Source: Gemmatimonadota bacterium (GTDB taxonomy: Bacteria; Gemmatimonadota; Gemmatimonadetes; JACCXV01). Taken from it: a DNA stretch of 64,000 nucleotides. The notes below the pieces were generated by a model. That model had not been told where the DNA came from, made no database searches, and saw only the letters and a program-made list of their open reading frames with translations. Made by a program: the position numbers and the translations under genes. The stretch spans positions 45,298 through 109,297 of the forward strand of contig DATBJW010000064.1 of the NCBI GenBank assembly GCA_036556205.1, in the 5' to 3' direction. Shown in pieces: positions 28,289 through 36,407 of the stretch (the first letter of the stretch is position 1; each line of letters starts with the position of its first letter).

Positions 28289-29734
28289 ATGGACGAGCGC
28301 ACCGTCAAGATCGCCACGGCGCTCGATCTCGACCTCGCCACCGAGGACGAGATCGCGACCGCCTTCGAGCGTCGGGTGCGGCGCGTGTACGCTCCCAAGG
28401 CCGAGATCCTGGAGTCGCTGCGCCGCTTCTACGGCGCGGCGGGGGACGAGCTCGACGTGGTCGTGCAGGGCGGGTTCGACGCCGACGGCCAGGCCGAGGA
28501 GGACACGGACCCGGCCAACCTGGAGGACCTGGCCAACCAGGCGCCTGTGATCCGGCTCGTGAACTTCCTCATCCTCGAGGCCGCACGCCGGCGCGCCTCC
28601 GACATTCACTTCGAGGCGCTCGAGAACTCGCTCAAGGTGCGCTACCGGATCGACGGGCGGCTGCAGGAAGTGACCACGCCGCCCAAGAAGCTGCAGGCGG
28701 CGATCACCTCGCGCATCAAGATCATGGCCGAGATGAACATCGCCGAGCGGCGCCTGCCGCAGGACGGGCGCATCCGCCTGAAGGTGGCGGACAAGGATCT
28801 GGACCTGCGCATCTCGACGATCCCCACCCTGCACGGCGAGAGCGTGGTCATGCGCCTGCTCGACAAGGGCGGGGCGCGGCTGGATCTCGAGGAGCTGGGC
28901 ATGGACGTGGAGACCGTGGAGCGCTTCGTCCGGCTGATCGGCGCGCCGCACGGCGTGCTGCTCGTGACGGGGCCCACCGGCTCCGGCAAGACGACCACGC
29001 TCTACGCCGCCCTCGAGCGCCTGAACGCGCAGGAGAACAAGATCCTCACGGTCGAGGACCCGGTGGAGTACCAGCTGCCGGGCGTCAACCAGGTGCCCGT
29101 GAAGACCAAGATCGGGATGACCTTCGCGCGCGCGCTGCGCCACATCCTGCGCCAGGACCCCGACATCATCATGGTCGGCGAGATGCGGGACTTCGAGACC
29201 GCCGAGATCGCGATCCAGGCGGCGCTCACGGGCCATCTGGTCTTCAGCACGCTGCACACGAACGACGCGCCGGCGGCCGTGACGCGCCTGATCGAGATGG
29301 GGATCGAGGACTACCTGGTGGCGTCGGCGGTGAACGGCATCCTGGCCCAGCGGCTCGTGCGCACGCTGTGCCAGCGCTGCGCGGCCGAGGAGCCGGCCGA
29401 TCCCGAGGAGCTGGCACAGCTGCTGGGCGAAGGCGAGCGGCTGCGCGTCGAGCGCCTGCGCCAGGATCCCACCGTCGCGGCGCTGCGCGTCAAGCGGCCG
29501 GTCGGCTGTCCGGCCTGCGAGGGCACGGGCTACCGCGGCCGCACCGGCATCTACGAGCTGCTGGCGCTGGACGACGAGCTGCGCGCGAAGATCCCCGAGC
29601 ACGCGGCCGCCGGGCTCCGCGAGTCGGCGCGCGCGAAGGGCATGGTCACGCTGCGCGAGGACGGGCTCCGCAAAGTTGCCCGCGGGATCACCAGCGTGCA
29701 GGAAGTGCTGCGCGTCACCCGCGAGGAGGAGTGA
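28289..29734 (+). CDS. gspE: Type II secretion ATPase GspE. Coordinates from the first canonical ATG; the conserved N-terminal domain continues in-frame upstream to about 28020.
   Basis: Walker A (GPTGSGKTT), Asp box, Walker B, His box, and the tetracysteine zinc motif (CQRC...CPAC) typical of GspE. The upstream in-frame sequence encodes a GspE N1-like domain (RVNVDEGLIPERDFLRALA...LPLPYLEEFLIVPLE) but has no ATG/GTG/TTG. Confidence 0.85.
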   Translation: MDERTVKIATALDLDLATEDEIATAFERRVRRVYAPKAEILESLRRFYGAAGDELDVVVQGGFDADGQAEEDTDPANLEDLANQAPVIRLVNFLILEAARRRASDIHFEALENSLKVRYRIDGRLQEVTTPPKKLQAAITSRIKIMAEMNIAERRLPQDGRIRLKVADKDLDLRISTIPTLHGESVVMRLLDKGGARLDLEELGMDVETVERFVRLIGAPHGVLLVTGPTGSGKTTTLYAALERLNAQENKILTVEDPVEYQLPGVNQVPVKTKIGMTFARALRHILRQDPDIIMVGEMRDFETAEIAIQAALTGHLVFSTLHTNDAPAAVTRLIEMGIEDYLVASAVNGILAQRLVRTLCQRCAAEEPADPEELAQLLGEGERLRVERLRQDPTVAALRVKRPVGCPACEGTGYRGRTGIYELLALDDELRAKIPEHAAAGLRESARAKGMVTLREDGLRKVARGITSVQEVLRVTREEE

Positions 29735-30954
29735 TGGCGAGCTTCACCTACCGGGCCACGGACGCGCGCGGAGAGATCACGAACGGCGTCGTGCAGGGGC
29801 TCAACCTGGCGCAGGTCAAGGTGACCCTGCAGCGCCAGGGGCTCTTCCCGCTCGAGGTCACGGAGCGGGCCGCGGCCACCACGAACGGGGCCGGCGTGGG
29901 AGCCAGCCTGCGGCGATTGGGCTCGGCGCGGGCCGAGCTTCCCGCCTTCACGCGCGCGCTGGCGTCGTTTCTCGGTGCCGGCTTCCCGCTGGACCGCGCG
30001 CTCGGCATGTACGCAGACCTGGCCTCCCATCCGCGCTTCGACGCGGCCGTCAAGCACGTGCGGCGGGAGATCCAGGCCGGACGCAGCTTCGCGGGCGCGC
30101 TGGAGACGGAGCCCGGGCTCTTCGATCCGCTCTACGTGAGCACCGTGGGCGCCGCCGAACGCGCGGGCGCCCTGGAGGCGGCGCTCACGAGCCTGGCCGA
30201 CGCGCTCGAGGAGCGTCGCGAGCTGCGCCAGCAGTTGCAGGGGATCCTGCTCTACCCCGCGCTCATGGCTTGCGTGGGCGCGCTGGCCGTGGCCGTGCTG
30301 CTGATCTTCGTGATCCCGCGCTTCGTGGACATCCTGGAGGGCGGCGGGGCGGCGCTGCCCTGGGCCACGGCCGCGTTGCTGGGGGTGAGCCGCGTCGTGA
30401 CCCGCTTCTGGTGGCTCCTGGGGCTGATCGCGGCACTCGTCTTCGCGCTCGTCCACGGATACCTGAACACCTCCGAGGGCCGGCGCGCCTGGGACCGGCG
30501 CAAGCTGCGCCTGCCCGTCGCCGGGATCCTGATGCGCAAGCTCCTCGCGGCGCGGTTCTGCCGTACGCTGGGAACGCTGCTCCAGAACGGCGTGCCGCTC
30601 ACGAACGCCCTGCGGCTCACGGCCGAGACGCTGGGGAACACCGCCGCCGTGCAGGCCGTGCGCGACGTGCACGGTCGCGTCAAGGAAGGCGAGAGCCTGG
30701 CCTCGGCGCTCGGCCGTTTCGACGTGTTCCCGCCCGCGGTGCTGCGCATGATCGCCGTCGGCGAGGAGTCGGGGAAGCCCGAGGACATGCTGTTCAGGGC
30801 AGCTGAGTTCTACGAAGGCGAGACGCGGCGCAACCTGCGCACGCTGGTCGGGCTGGTGGAGCCGGCTCTGATCCTGCTGCTGGGGGGCGTCGTCGGATTC
30901 GTGGCGCTGGCCATGATCCAGGCCGTGTTCAGCATCAACGACGTGCCGCTGTGA
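29734..30954 (+). CDS. gspF: Type II secretion inner-membrane platform protein GspF
   Basis: Two GspF/PilC repeats with three TM segments. ATG overlaps the gspE stop (TGATG). The 995-aa ORF-track version starting at 27967 is a wrong-frame read-through. Confidence 0.9.
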   Translation: MASFTYRATDARGEITNGVVQGLNLAQVKVTLQRQGLFPLEVTERAAATTNGAGVGASLRRLGSARAELPAFTRALASFLGAGFPLDRALGMYADLASHPRFDAAVKHVRREIQAGRSFAGALETEPGLFDPLYVSTVGAAERAGALEAALTSLADALEERRELRQQLQGILLYPALMACVGALAVAVLLIFVIPRFVDILEGGGAALPWATAALLGVSRVVTRFWWLLGLIAALVFALVHGYLNTSEGRRAWDRRKLRLPVAGILMRKLLAARFCRTLGTLLQNGVPLTNALRLTAETLGNTAAVQAVRDVHGRVKEGESLASALGRFDVFPPAVLRMIAVGEESGKPEDMLFRAAEFYEGETRRNLRTLVGLVEPALILLLGGVVGFVALAMIQAVFSINDVPL

Positions 30955-30980
30955 AGGGCGCCCAACCCACGGAGAACGTC

Positions 30981-31415
30981 ATGGCCAGGCTGAGAGAGCG
31001 GCGGGGATTCACGCTGATCGAGATCATGGTGGTGGTCATCATCCTGGGACTGCTGGCGGTGCTGGTGGCGCCGAACGTGATCGACAAGCTCAGCGTGGCC
31101 AAGGACAAGACGGCGCGCACGCAGATCGAGCTCCTGGGGACCGCACTCGACAGCTACCGCCTGGACAACGGCACCTATCCGTCCACGCAGCAGGGGCTCG
31201 AGGCGCTCTGGGCGAAGCCGATCACGGCCCCCGAGCCGCGCAACTGGGCGGGCCCCTACCTCAAGAAGCACGTGCCGCAGGATCCCTGGGGCCACGCCTA
31301 CGTGTACCACAGCCCCGGCGAGCAGAGCCCCGACGGCTACGACCTGCTGTCCCTGGGAGCCGACGGCGCCCCGGGCGGCGAGGGTGAGGATGCCGACCTC
31401 AAGAGCTGGGAGTAG
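30981..31415 (+). CDS. gspG: Type II secretion major pseudopilin GspG
   Basis: Prepilin leader plus cleavage/methylation motif (RGFTLIEIMVVVIILGLLAVLVAPN). Conserved GspG body (KAKADIQ-like TARTQIELLGTALDSYRLDNGTYP...GPYL...DPWG..Y.Y..PG..GYDLLS.G.DG). Confidence 0.9.
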   Translation: MARLRERRGFTLIEIMVVVIILGLLAVLVAPNVIDKLSVAKDKTARTQIELLGTALDSYRLDNGTYPSTQQGLEALWAKPITAPEPRNWAGPYLKKHVPQDPWGHAYVYHSPGEQSPDGYDLLSLGADGAPGGEGEDADLKSWE

Positions 31416-31890
31416 CGCCCGCCGCCCCGCGCGCCGGCCGGCCGCGGGCTTCACGCTGCTCGAGATCCTGGTCACGATCGCGATCCTGGGCCTGGTGAGC
31501 GCCCTCGCGGCGCCGGCGATCGCGAGCCGGCTGCTGGAAACGCCGCTCGATCACTCGGCGCGGCTGCTGGCGGGAATGCTCCAGGAGGCGCGCGCGCGGG
31601 CCGCCGTGCGGGCCGAGCCGGTGGCCGTGCTCTGGTCGCCGGAGGGACGACGCTTCAGCCTGCGCGGCGCGAAGGGCGAGCACGTGCTGGCGCTGCCGCC
31701 GGCCGTGCGCGTCGAGGCGCGCGGTCTGGTGACGGGTCTGCCCGGCATGCCGGCGGGCCGCGAGGGAATCGTCTTCTTCCCGCTGGGGGGCTCGAGCGGC
31801 GGGTCCATCACGCTTCGCTCGAGCGCGGGGTCCGCCACGCTGCGCGCGGATCCGATCGCCGGGACGGTGCAAACCGTCCGCGCGCGATGA
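31384..31890 (+). CDS. gspH: Type II secretion minor pseudopilin GspH-like
   Basis: Prepilin-type N-terminal methylation motif (AGFTLLEILVTIAILGLVSALAAP). ~165 aa. Position after gspG. Confidence 0.7.
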   Translation: MRMPTSRAGSSARRPARRPAAGFTLLEILVTIAILGLVSALAAPAIASRLLETPLDHSARLLAGMLQEARARAAVRAEPVAVLWSPEGRRFSLRGAKGEHVLALPPAVRVEARGLVTGLPGMPAGREGIVFFPLGGSSGGSITLRSSAGSATLRADPIAGTVQTVRAR

Positions 31891-32342
31891 GCCGGCGCGC
31901 CTTCACGCTGCTCGAGGTGCTGGTGGCGCTCGCCATTCTGGGCCTCGGCATCACGAGCGCGCTGACGCTGATGGGCACCTCGAGCCGGGCCGCCGTCCGG
32001 GCCCGCGACGTGACCGAGGCCACGTTCGTCGCCGAGGAGGTCATGGAGGAGCTCTGCACGTTGAACGAGTCCGAGCTGCGCGCGAAAGCGCGCGAGACCG
32101 GCGACTGGGCCGAGCTCGAGCGGCGCGCCCAGCAGCGCCGTGAGGGACGCTCGAGCGCTCTGGAGCGCCTGCCCGAGCCCGACCGCTACGCGTACGCCGT
32201 GCAGGTCGTCGCGGACCGGAACGAGCCCGGACTCTACCGCGTGGACGTGGAGGTGACCTGGCCCGGGACCGGCGAATCGGGCCTGCAGCTCACGACCCTG
32301 CGGCGCTTCCCGGCGCCCGAGACCGGAGGGATGCCGCAGTGA
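31887..32342 (+). CDS. gspI: Type II secretion minor pseudopilin GspI-like
   Basis: RAFTLLEVLVALAILGLGITSAL N-terminal motif. 151 aa. Position. Confidence 0.7.
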   Translation: MSRRAFTLLEVLVALAILGLGITSALTLMGTSSRAAVRARDVTEATFVAEEVMEELCTLNESELRAKARETGDWAELERRAQQRREGRSSALERLPEPDRYAYAVQVVADRNEPGLYRVDVEVTWPGTGESGLQLTTLRRFPAPETGGMPQ

Positions 32343-33382
32343 AGCGCTCCCGGCGCCGCGGCGTGGCCCTGGTGCTCGCCCTCTGGGTCCTCGTCCTCTT
32401 CTCCTTCGTGGGCCTGGAGCTGAGCACCTTCTCGCGGGCCGACACGGGGGGCGCGCGCTACCTGAAGGAGCGCCTCCAGGCCTACTACCTCGCGCGCGGC
32501 GGCGTCGAGCGCGGGATCGGGCTGGTGAACGACTACTTCCGGCGTTACCCCGCGAACGCTCTCGCCGCCAAGAACCTGGGGCGCGATCTGAGCACGCTGA
32601 AGGAGTCGCGGCCTCCGCTCCTGACGTGGCTCGCCGACCGCGGCCTGGCCCGCGTGCCGCTCGGCGCGGGCAGCTACAGCCTGCGCTTCGAAGACCTCGC
32701 CGCTCGCGTGAACGTGAACCGCACCGATCCGCTCGTGCTGGCGAACCTGATCCGGCTCACCGGTGTTGACGACGCCCGCTCGCGTCAGCTCGCCGACGCG
32801 GTTCTGGACTGGGTCGACGCCGACGACCAGCACCGCCCCCAGGGAGCCGAGCGGGACTGGTACGAGCGCCACCGCCTCCGCCCCCCGCGCAACGGCCCCG
32901 TGACGCAGCTCGAGGAGCTGCTCCTCGTGAAAGGCATGACGCGCGACATCCTCTTCGGCGGCGAGCGGACCAAGGGGTTGGTCCCCTTCCTCACGACCGA
33001 GGGACCGGGCAAGATCAACGTGAACTCGGCACCGGCCGAAGTGCTGCTGGCCGTCCCAGGGCTGGATCAGGGGACGGTCTCGCGCATCCTGAGCACGCGG
33101 CGCACGCGCTCGCTGCGCAGCCTGGCCGAGGTTCTGGGCGCCGATCCCGAGGCGCAACTCGGCCGCAATCCCGTGCTCGGCCTCCTCTCGTTCGACACGA
33201 CCGAGATGGCCGTGGAGGCGCAGGGGATGCTGGCCGGCGCGCCGGCCCGCAGCGTGGTGCGCGCCACGGTCGGCGTCATGCCCGCGGGGCTCGTCGTGCG
33301 CGGCTGGCGCGACGACTTCCCGTCGGGACTGGCGCTGGCTCCCGCATCGTCCGCCGCCGACTCAACCGGTCCGCAATCGTGA
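32339..33382 (+). CDS. gspK: Type II secretion minor pseudopilin GspK-like
   Basis: N-terminal RGVALVLALWVLVLFSFVGLELS. Size ~347 aa. Helix-hairpin-helix-like segment (INVNSAPAEVLLAVPGLDQGTVSRIL) is typical of GspK. Confidence 0.7.
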   Translation: MKRSRRRGVALVLALWVLVLFSFVGLELSTFSRADTGGARYLKERLQAYYLARGGVERGIGLVNDYFRRYPANALAAKNLGRDLSTLKESRPPLLTWLADRGLARVPLGAGSYSLRFEDLAARVNVNRTDPLVLANLIRLTGVDDARSRQLADAVLDWVDADDQHRPQGAERDWYERHRLRPPRNGPVTQLEELLLVKGMTRDILFGGERTKGLVPFLTTEGPGKINVNSAPAEVLLAVPGLDQGTVSRILSTRRTRSLRSLAEVLGADPEAQLGRNPVLGLLSFDTTEMAVEAQGMLAGAPARSVVRATVGVMPAGLVVRGWRDDFPSGLALAPASSAADSTGPQS

Positions 33383-34812
33383 AGCGCTGCCTGGGTATCG
33401 AGATCGGCCGCGCGTTCGCGGCGATCTGCGAGGTCGCCCCGGACGGCGAGGGCCCCGGCCGGCATCGCCTCGCCCGGCACGCCTTCGCCGAAGGCGAGCT
33501 GCCCACGCCCGACCAGCTGGCCGACACCTGTCTGCAGCTGGCGCTCGAAACCGGGATCCGCGAGCGCGCGGCCGTGCTGGCGCTCGCCCGCTCGCTCACC
33601 TACACGAAGACCGTCCAGCTGCCGCCGCTTCCGAACGACGACCGGCTGAAGCTGGTCACGGTCCAGCCCGAGCGGTTCTTCCCGGTCTCCGACCGGGCTC
33701 TCGTATGCGACCTCGAGCCGGGCACGAACGGTGGACCCTCGGTCGCCCATGCCACCGAGGCCGATCAGCTCGAGGCCGTGGTCGAGGCGCTCCAGAGTCG
33801 CGGCTTCCGCATCCGCGCCGTGCTGCCGGCTTCAGCGGCCCTGCAGCGCGCGGCGCTGCGGGGCATCCCGGGGCTGTCGGACGCCAACTGGCTGCTCGTG
33901 CGGCCCGAGGCGGGAGGGATCACCGCCAACGCCTTTCGGGCCCGCAGCCTGCGCGTCTCGCGCCGCATGGAGAACTTCAGCGGGGATCCCGAAGGGGCGT
34001 TCCGCGAGATCGCGCGCACCGTAGCCAGCGCCTTCGAGGATGGGGCGGCGGTCAGCGAGGTGCGGTGGTCCGGTTGGAACGGGCTCCCCGACGCGGTCCG
34101 CCGCGCGGGCGCCGCGAGCCTGCCGGTGCCGGTGCGGGACCTCTCGGAGCTGCCGGTCGAGAGCGAAGGGCTCGTCGCGTACGGCGCCGCGCTGGCGGGT
34201 CTCGAGGAGGCGCCGCGGCCCGACCTGCTGCCGCCCGCCGTTCGGGCGCGCCGGCGCCAGCAGGGGCGCTGGATCACGATGGCCTGCGGCGCGCTGGCGC
34301 TGCTGGCCGCCCTGGCGCTCATCTGGGCCCTGGGGCAGCGGCAGGATCGCCAGCTGGCCCAGCTCGAGGCGGAGACCCGCAAGGCGCGGGCCGGTGCGCT
34401 CGCCGCGGCCGACGCCCGCGACGCGCTGAAAGCGCTCGAGGACCGCATCGCCGCCGTCCAGGGCCGCATGGAGCAGCGCGCGGCCTGGCTGAGGATGATG
34501 AAGGAGATCAGCTCGGCGCTGCCGACGAGCGCCTGGATCGGAAGCCTCTCCATCGCCCCGGACGGCGATGTGAGCCTCTCGGGATACGCCACGACGGCCT
34601 CGGCCCTCGTTCCCGCTTTGCAGGCCACCGACGCCCTGGACCGCGTCGAGTTCGCCGCTCCCGCCACGCGCGCCAACATCGGGCGCCGCGAGCTGGAGGC
34701 GTTCAACATCCGCGCGGTCCTGCAGGGGAGCCCGGCCGACAGCTCCCGCGCGGCCAATCCGCAGGGGACCGTGGAGAACCCCGACGCCGGCCTGGTCGGA
34801 GACGAGGAGTGA
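33379..34812 (+). CDS. gspL: GspL-like inner-membrane assembly protein: cytoplasmic actin-like (PilM-like) domain, one TM helix, periplasmic PilN/GspL-like domain
   Basis: Cytoplasmic domain 1-300. TM (WITMACGALALLAALALIWAL). Coiled coil, then a periplasmic ferredoxin-like domain. Architecture equals GspL, or a PilM-PilN fusion. Confidence 0.65.
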   Translation: MKRCLGIEIGRAFAAICEVAPDGEGPGRHRLARHAFAEGELPTPDQLADTCLQLALETGIRERAAVLALARSLTYTKTVQLPPLPNDDRLKLVTVQPERFFPVSDRALVCDLEPGTNGGPSVAHATEADQLEAVVEALQSRGFRIRAVLPASAALQRAALRGIPGLSDANWLLVRPEAGGITANAFRARSLRVSRRMENFSGDPEGAFREIARTVASAFEDGAAVSEVRWSGWNGLPDAVRRAGAASLPVPVRDLSELPVESEGLVAYGAALAGLEEAPRPDLLPPAVRARRRQQGRWITMACGALALLAALALIWALGQRQDRQLAQLEAETRKARAGALAAADARDALKALEDRIAAVQGRMEQRAAWLRMMKEISSALPTSAWIGSLSIAPDGDVSLSGYATTASALVPALQATDALDRVEFAAPATRANIGRRELEAFNIRAVLQGSPADSSRAANPQGTVENPDAGLVGDEE

Positions 34813-34816
34813 GGGC

Positions 34817-35407
34817 GTGATCTGGCTGCGTCTCGACAAGGGCCAGCTGGCCCTCGTGCTCTTCTCCGTGGCGCTCTTCGTGGCCGCCATCGTCGTGCTG
34901 CTGCTGCCGGCACCCGCGCTGCCCGAGCCGGCACCTCTCACCTCGCGCGACGGATCCCCCCCCGCGTTCGAGGCCCCGCTCCCTTCGATGGCCAACGACC
35001 CGGCCGGACCGCTCGTGGACGCCGACCCGTTCGACGCCACCCGCCAGCCCCCGGCCAGGCGCAGGACGACGCTCGGCGCCGAGGGCGGCGACGAGCAGGC
35101 GCTGCCGGCGGCCTTCACCCTGCTCGGCACCGTCGTGACCGGAAACGGCCGCGACATGGCCGTGATCCGGGCCAACCCCGCCCTTCCCACGGGCGCCACG
35201 TACCGCGTCGGCGACGAGCCCCTGCCCGGCTATCGCGTGACGAGCATCCGGCGCGACGGCGTCACGATCTCCGGCAACGGTCAGTTGTTCGAGCTCGAGA
35301 TCCAGAAGACCGCGGACTTCCACATGCCGCAGGGCCTGCAGGGCGCGGGCTACCAGGGCGACTTCGGCGACACCGACGAGGACCAGGAAGAAGGGATGAA
35401 CCAGTGA
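34817..35407 (+). CDS. GspC/PilP-like inner-membrane protein of the type II secretion system (secretin-interacting HR-type domain)
   Basis: GTG start. N-terminal TM (LALVLFSVALFVAAIVVLLL), Pro-rich linker, then a small beta domain (FTLLGTVVTGNGRDMAVIRANP...TYRVGDEPLPGYRVTSIRRDGVTI) resembling the GspC HR / PilP fold. Confidence 0.55.
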   Translation: MIWLRLDKGQLALVLFSVALFVAAIVVLLLPAPALPEPAPLTSRDGSPPAFEAPLPSMANDPAGPLVDADPFDATRQPPARRRTTLGAEGGDEQALPAAFTLLGTVVTGNGRDMAVIRANPALPTGATYRVGDEPLPGYRVTSIRRDGVTISGNGQLFELEIQKTADFHMPQGLQGAGYQGDFGDTDEDQEEGMNQ

Positions 35408-36288
35408 CGGCCCGCGAGCGGCGCACCGTGCGGCTGGGTCTCGTGGCCGCCGCCATGATCCTCCTCTACGTGCTGGCGCTGGACCCGTACCTGACGGCCC
35501 GCGCGAAGACGCGTGACCTGATCGAGCAGCAGCAGGCCCAGCTCTCCCGGCTGGTGGCCCTGGACCGGTCGCTGCCGATCTACCGCCGGCGCCTGCAGGC
35601 GGCGCAGGCCACCTGGGACGCCGAGGTCCGGCCGCGGCTCGTGGCCGGGGACGTGCCCGCCGTCGCCGCTTCGACCCTTTCCAACGAGGTGCGACGCGTC
35701 GCCGCCCAGAGCTTCCTCGACGTCGAGCGCGAGAACGTGCTGGCCGCGACCGAGAAGGACGGCCTCACCGCGATCCCCGTGCAGTTCTCGCTGCGGGGCG
35801 ACATCTACGGCCTGCGGGACTTCCTGGCCGCGCTCGAGTCCACGCGTACGTTCCTGAACCTGCGGGAGCTGCGCGTCACGGCGATCACGGGCGGATTCAA
35901 CCAGGTCCTTCCCGTCACGGCGGCTCCGCTCCAGATGACGGTCACGGTGGAGGGCTACCTGGGCGGGGCGCCGGCCGCGGGTGAGCCGGCGGCCCCGCAG
36001 CCGCCGGGCGCAGCTGCGCCGGCCGGCGCCGAGGGAACGACCGTCACCCCGAGCCCACCGGCCGCGGAGCCTGCTCCGACGAGCTCCGTCGAGCCCGGCC
36101 CGCCGAGCGGCGTCCCTGCCCCTGCCGGGCCTTCGCAGGAGGGAGCGCGGGCGGAACCGGGCGCGGCCCCGCGAGCGGGCCTCGGCGGCGCACCCGAGCG
36201 GCCGGCCGGGGCGCCGGCCGGGGCGGACGTCCGTCGCATCCCGCGCGGCGGCGCGGCCGCGCCCGCTCCGGGGGACGCGCGCCGATGA
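35404..36288 (+). CDS. gspM: GspM/PilO-like type II secretion inner-membrane protein with an extended Pro/Ala-rich C-terminal tail
   Basis: N-terminal TM (LGLVAAAMILLYVLAL), coiled coil, ferredoxin-like periplasmic domain (LTAIPVQFSLRGDIYGLRDFLAALES...LRELRV). ~110-aa low-complexity tail. Confidence 0.6.
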   Translation: MTARERRTVRLGLVAAAMILLYVLALDPYLTARAKTRDLIEQQQAQLSRLVALDRSLPIYRRRLQAAQATWDAEVRPRLVAGDVPAVAASTLSNEVRRVAAQSFLDVERENVLAATEKDGLTAIPVQFSLRGDIYGLRDFLAALESTRTFLNLRELRVTAITGGFNQVLPVTAAPLQMTVTVEGYLGGAPAAGEPAAPQPPGAAAPAGAEGTTVTPSPPAAEPAPTSSVEPGPPSGVPAPAGPSQEGARAEPGAAPRAGLGGAPERPAGAPAGADVRRIPRGGAAAPAPGDARR

Positions 36289-36407
36289 GGCTCCCCGAGG
36301 GACCTGCGCCGGCCCACGCGGGTCGGAACGATCCGGGCGCGCGCATGCACGCGAACGGCAACCCCGGCGAGTCGGGCGAACGAGCGGATCGCCAACGCGG
36401 AGAGACG

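Noticed and set aside
27992-29602. 536-aa minus-strand ORF antisense to gspE
   Set aside because: Antisense to a gene with unambiguous Walker A/B and zinc-finger motifs. Low-complexity composition.
27967-30954. 995-aa ORF spanning the gspE and gspF regions
   Set aside because: Only the last ~407 aa (from ATG 29734) are GspF. The upstream 590 codons are a +1-frame read-through of gspE with Arg/Gly/Pro-rich nonsense composition. The real gspE is in the other frame (Walker motifs present there).
36285-36407. Upstream 41 codons of the secretin ORF (start at 36285)
   Set aside because: They overlap the gspM tail and lack signal-peptide character. The ATG at 36408 with an RBS yields a canonical signal peptide.
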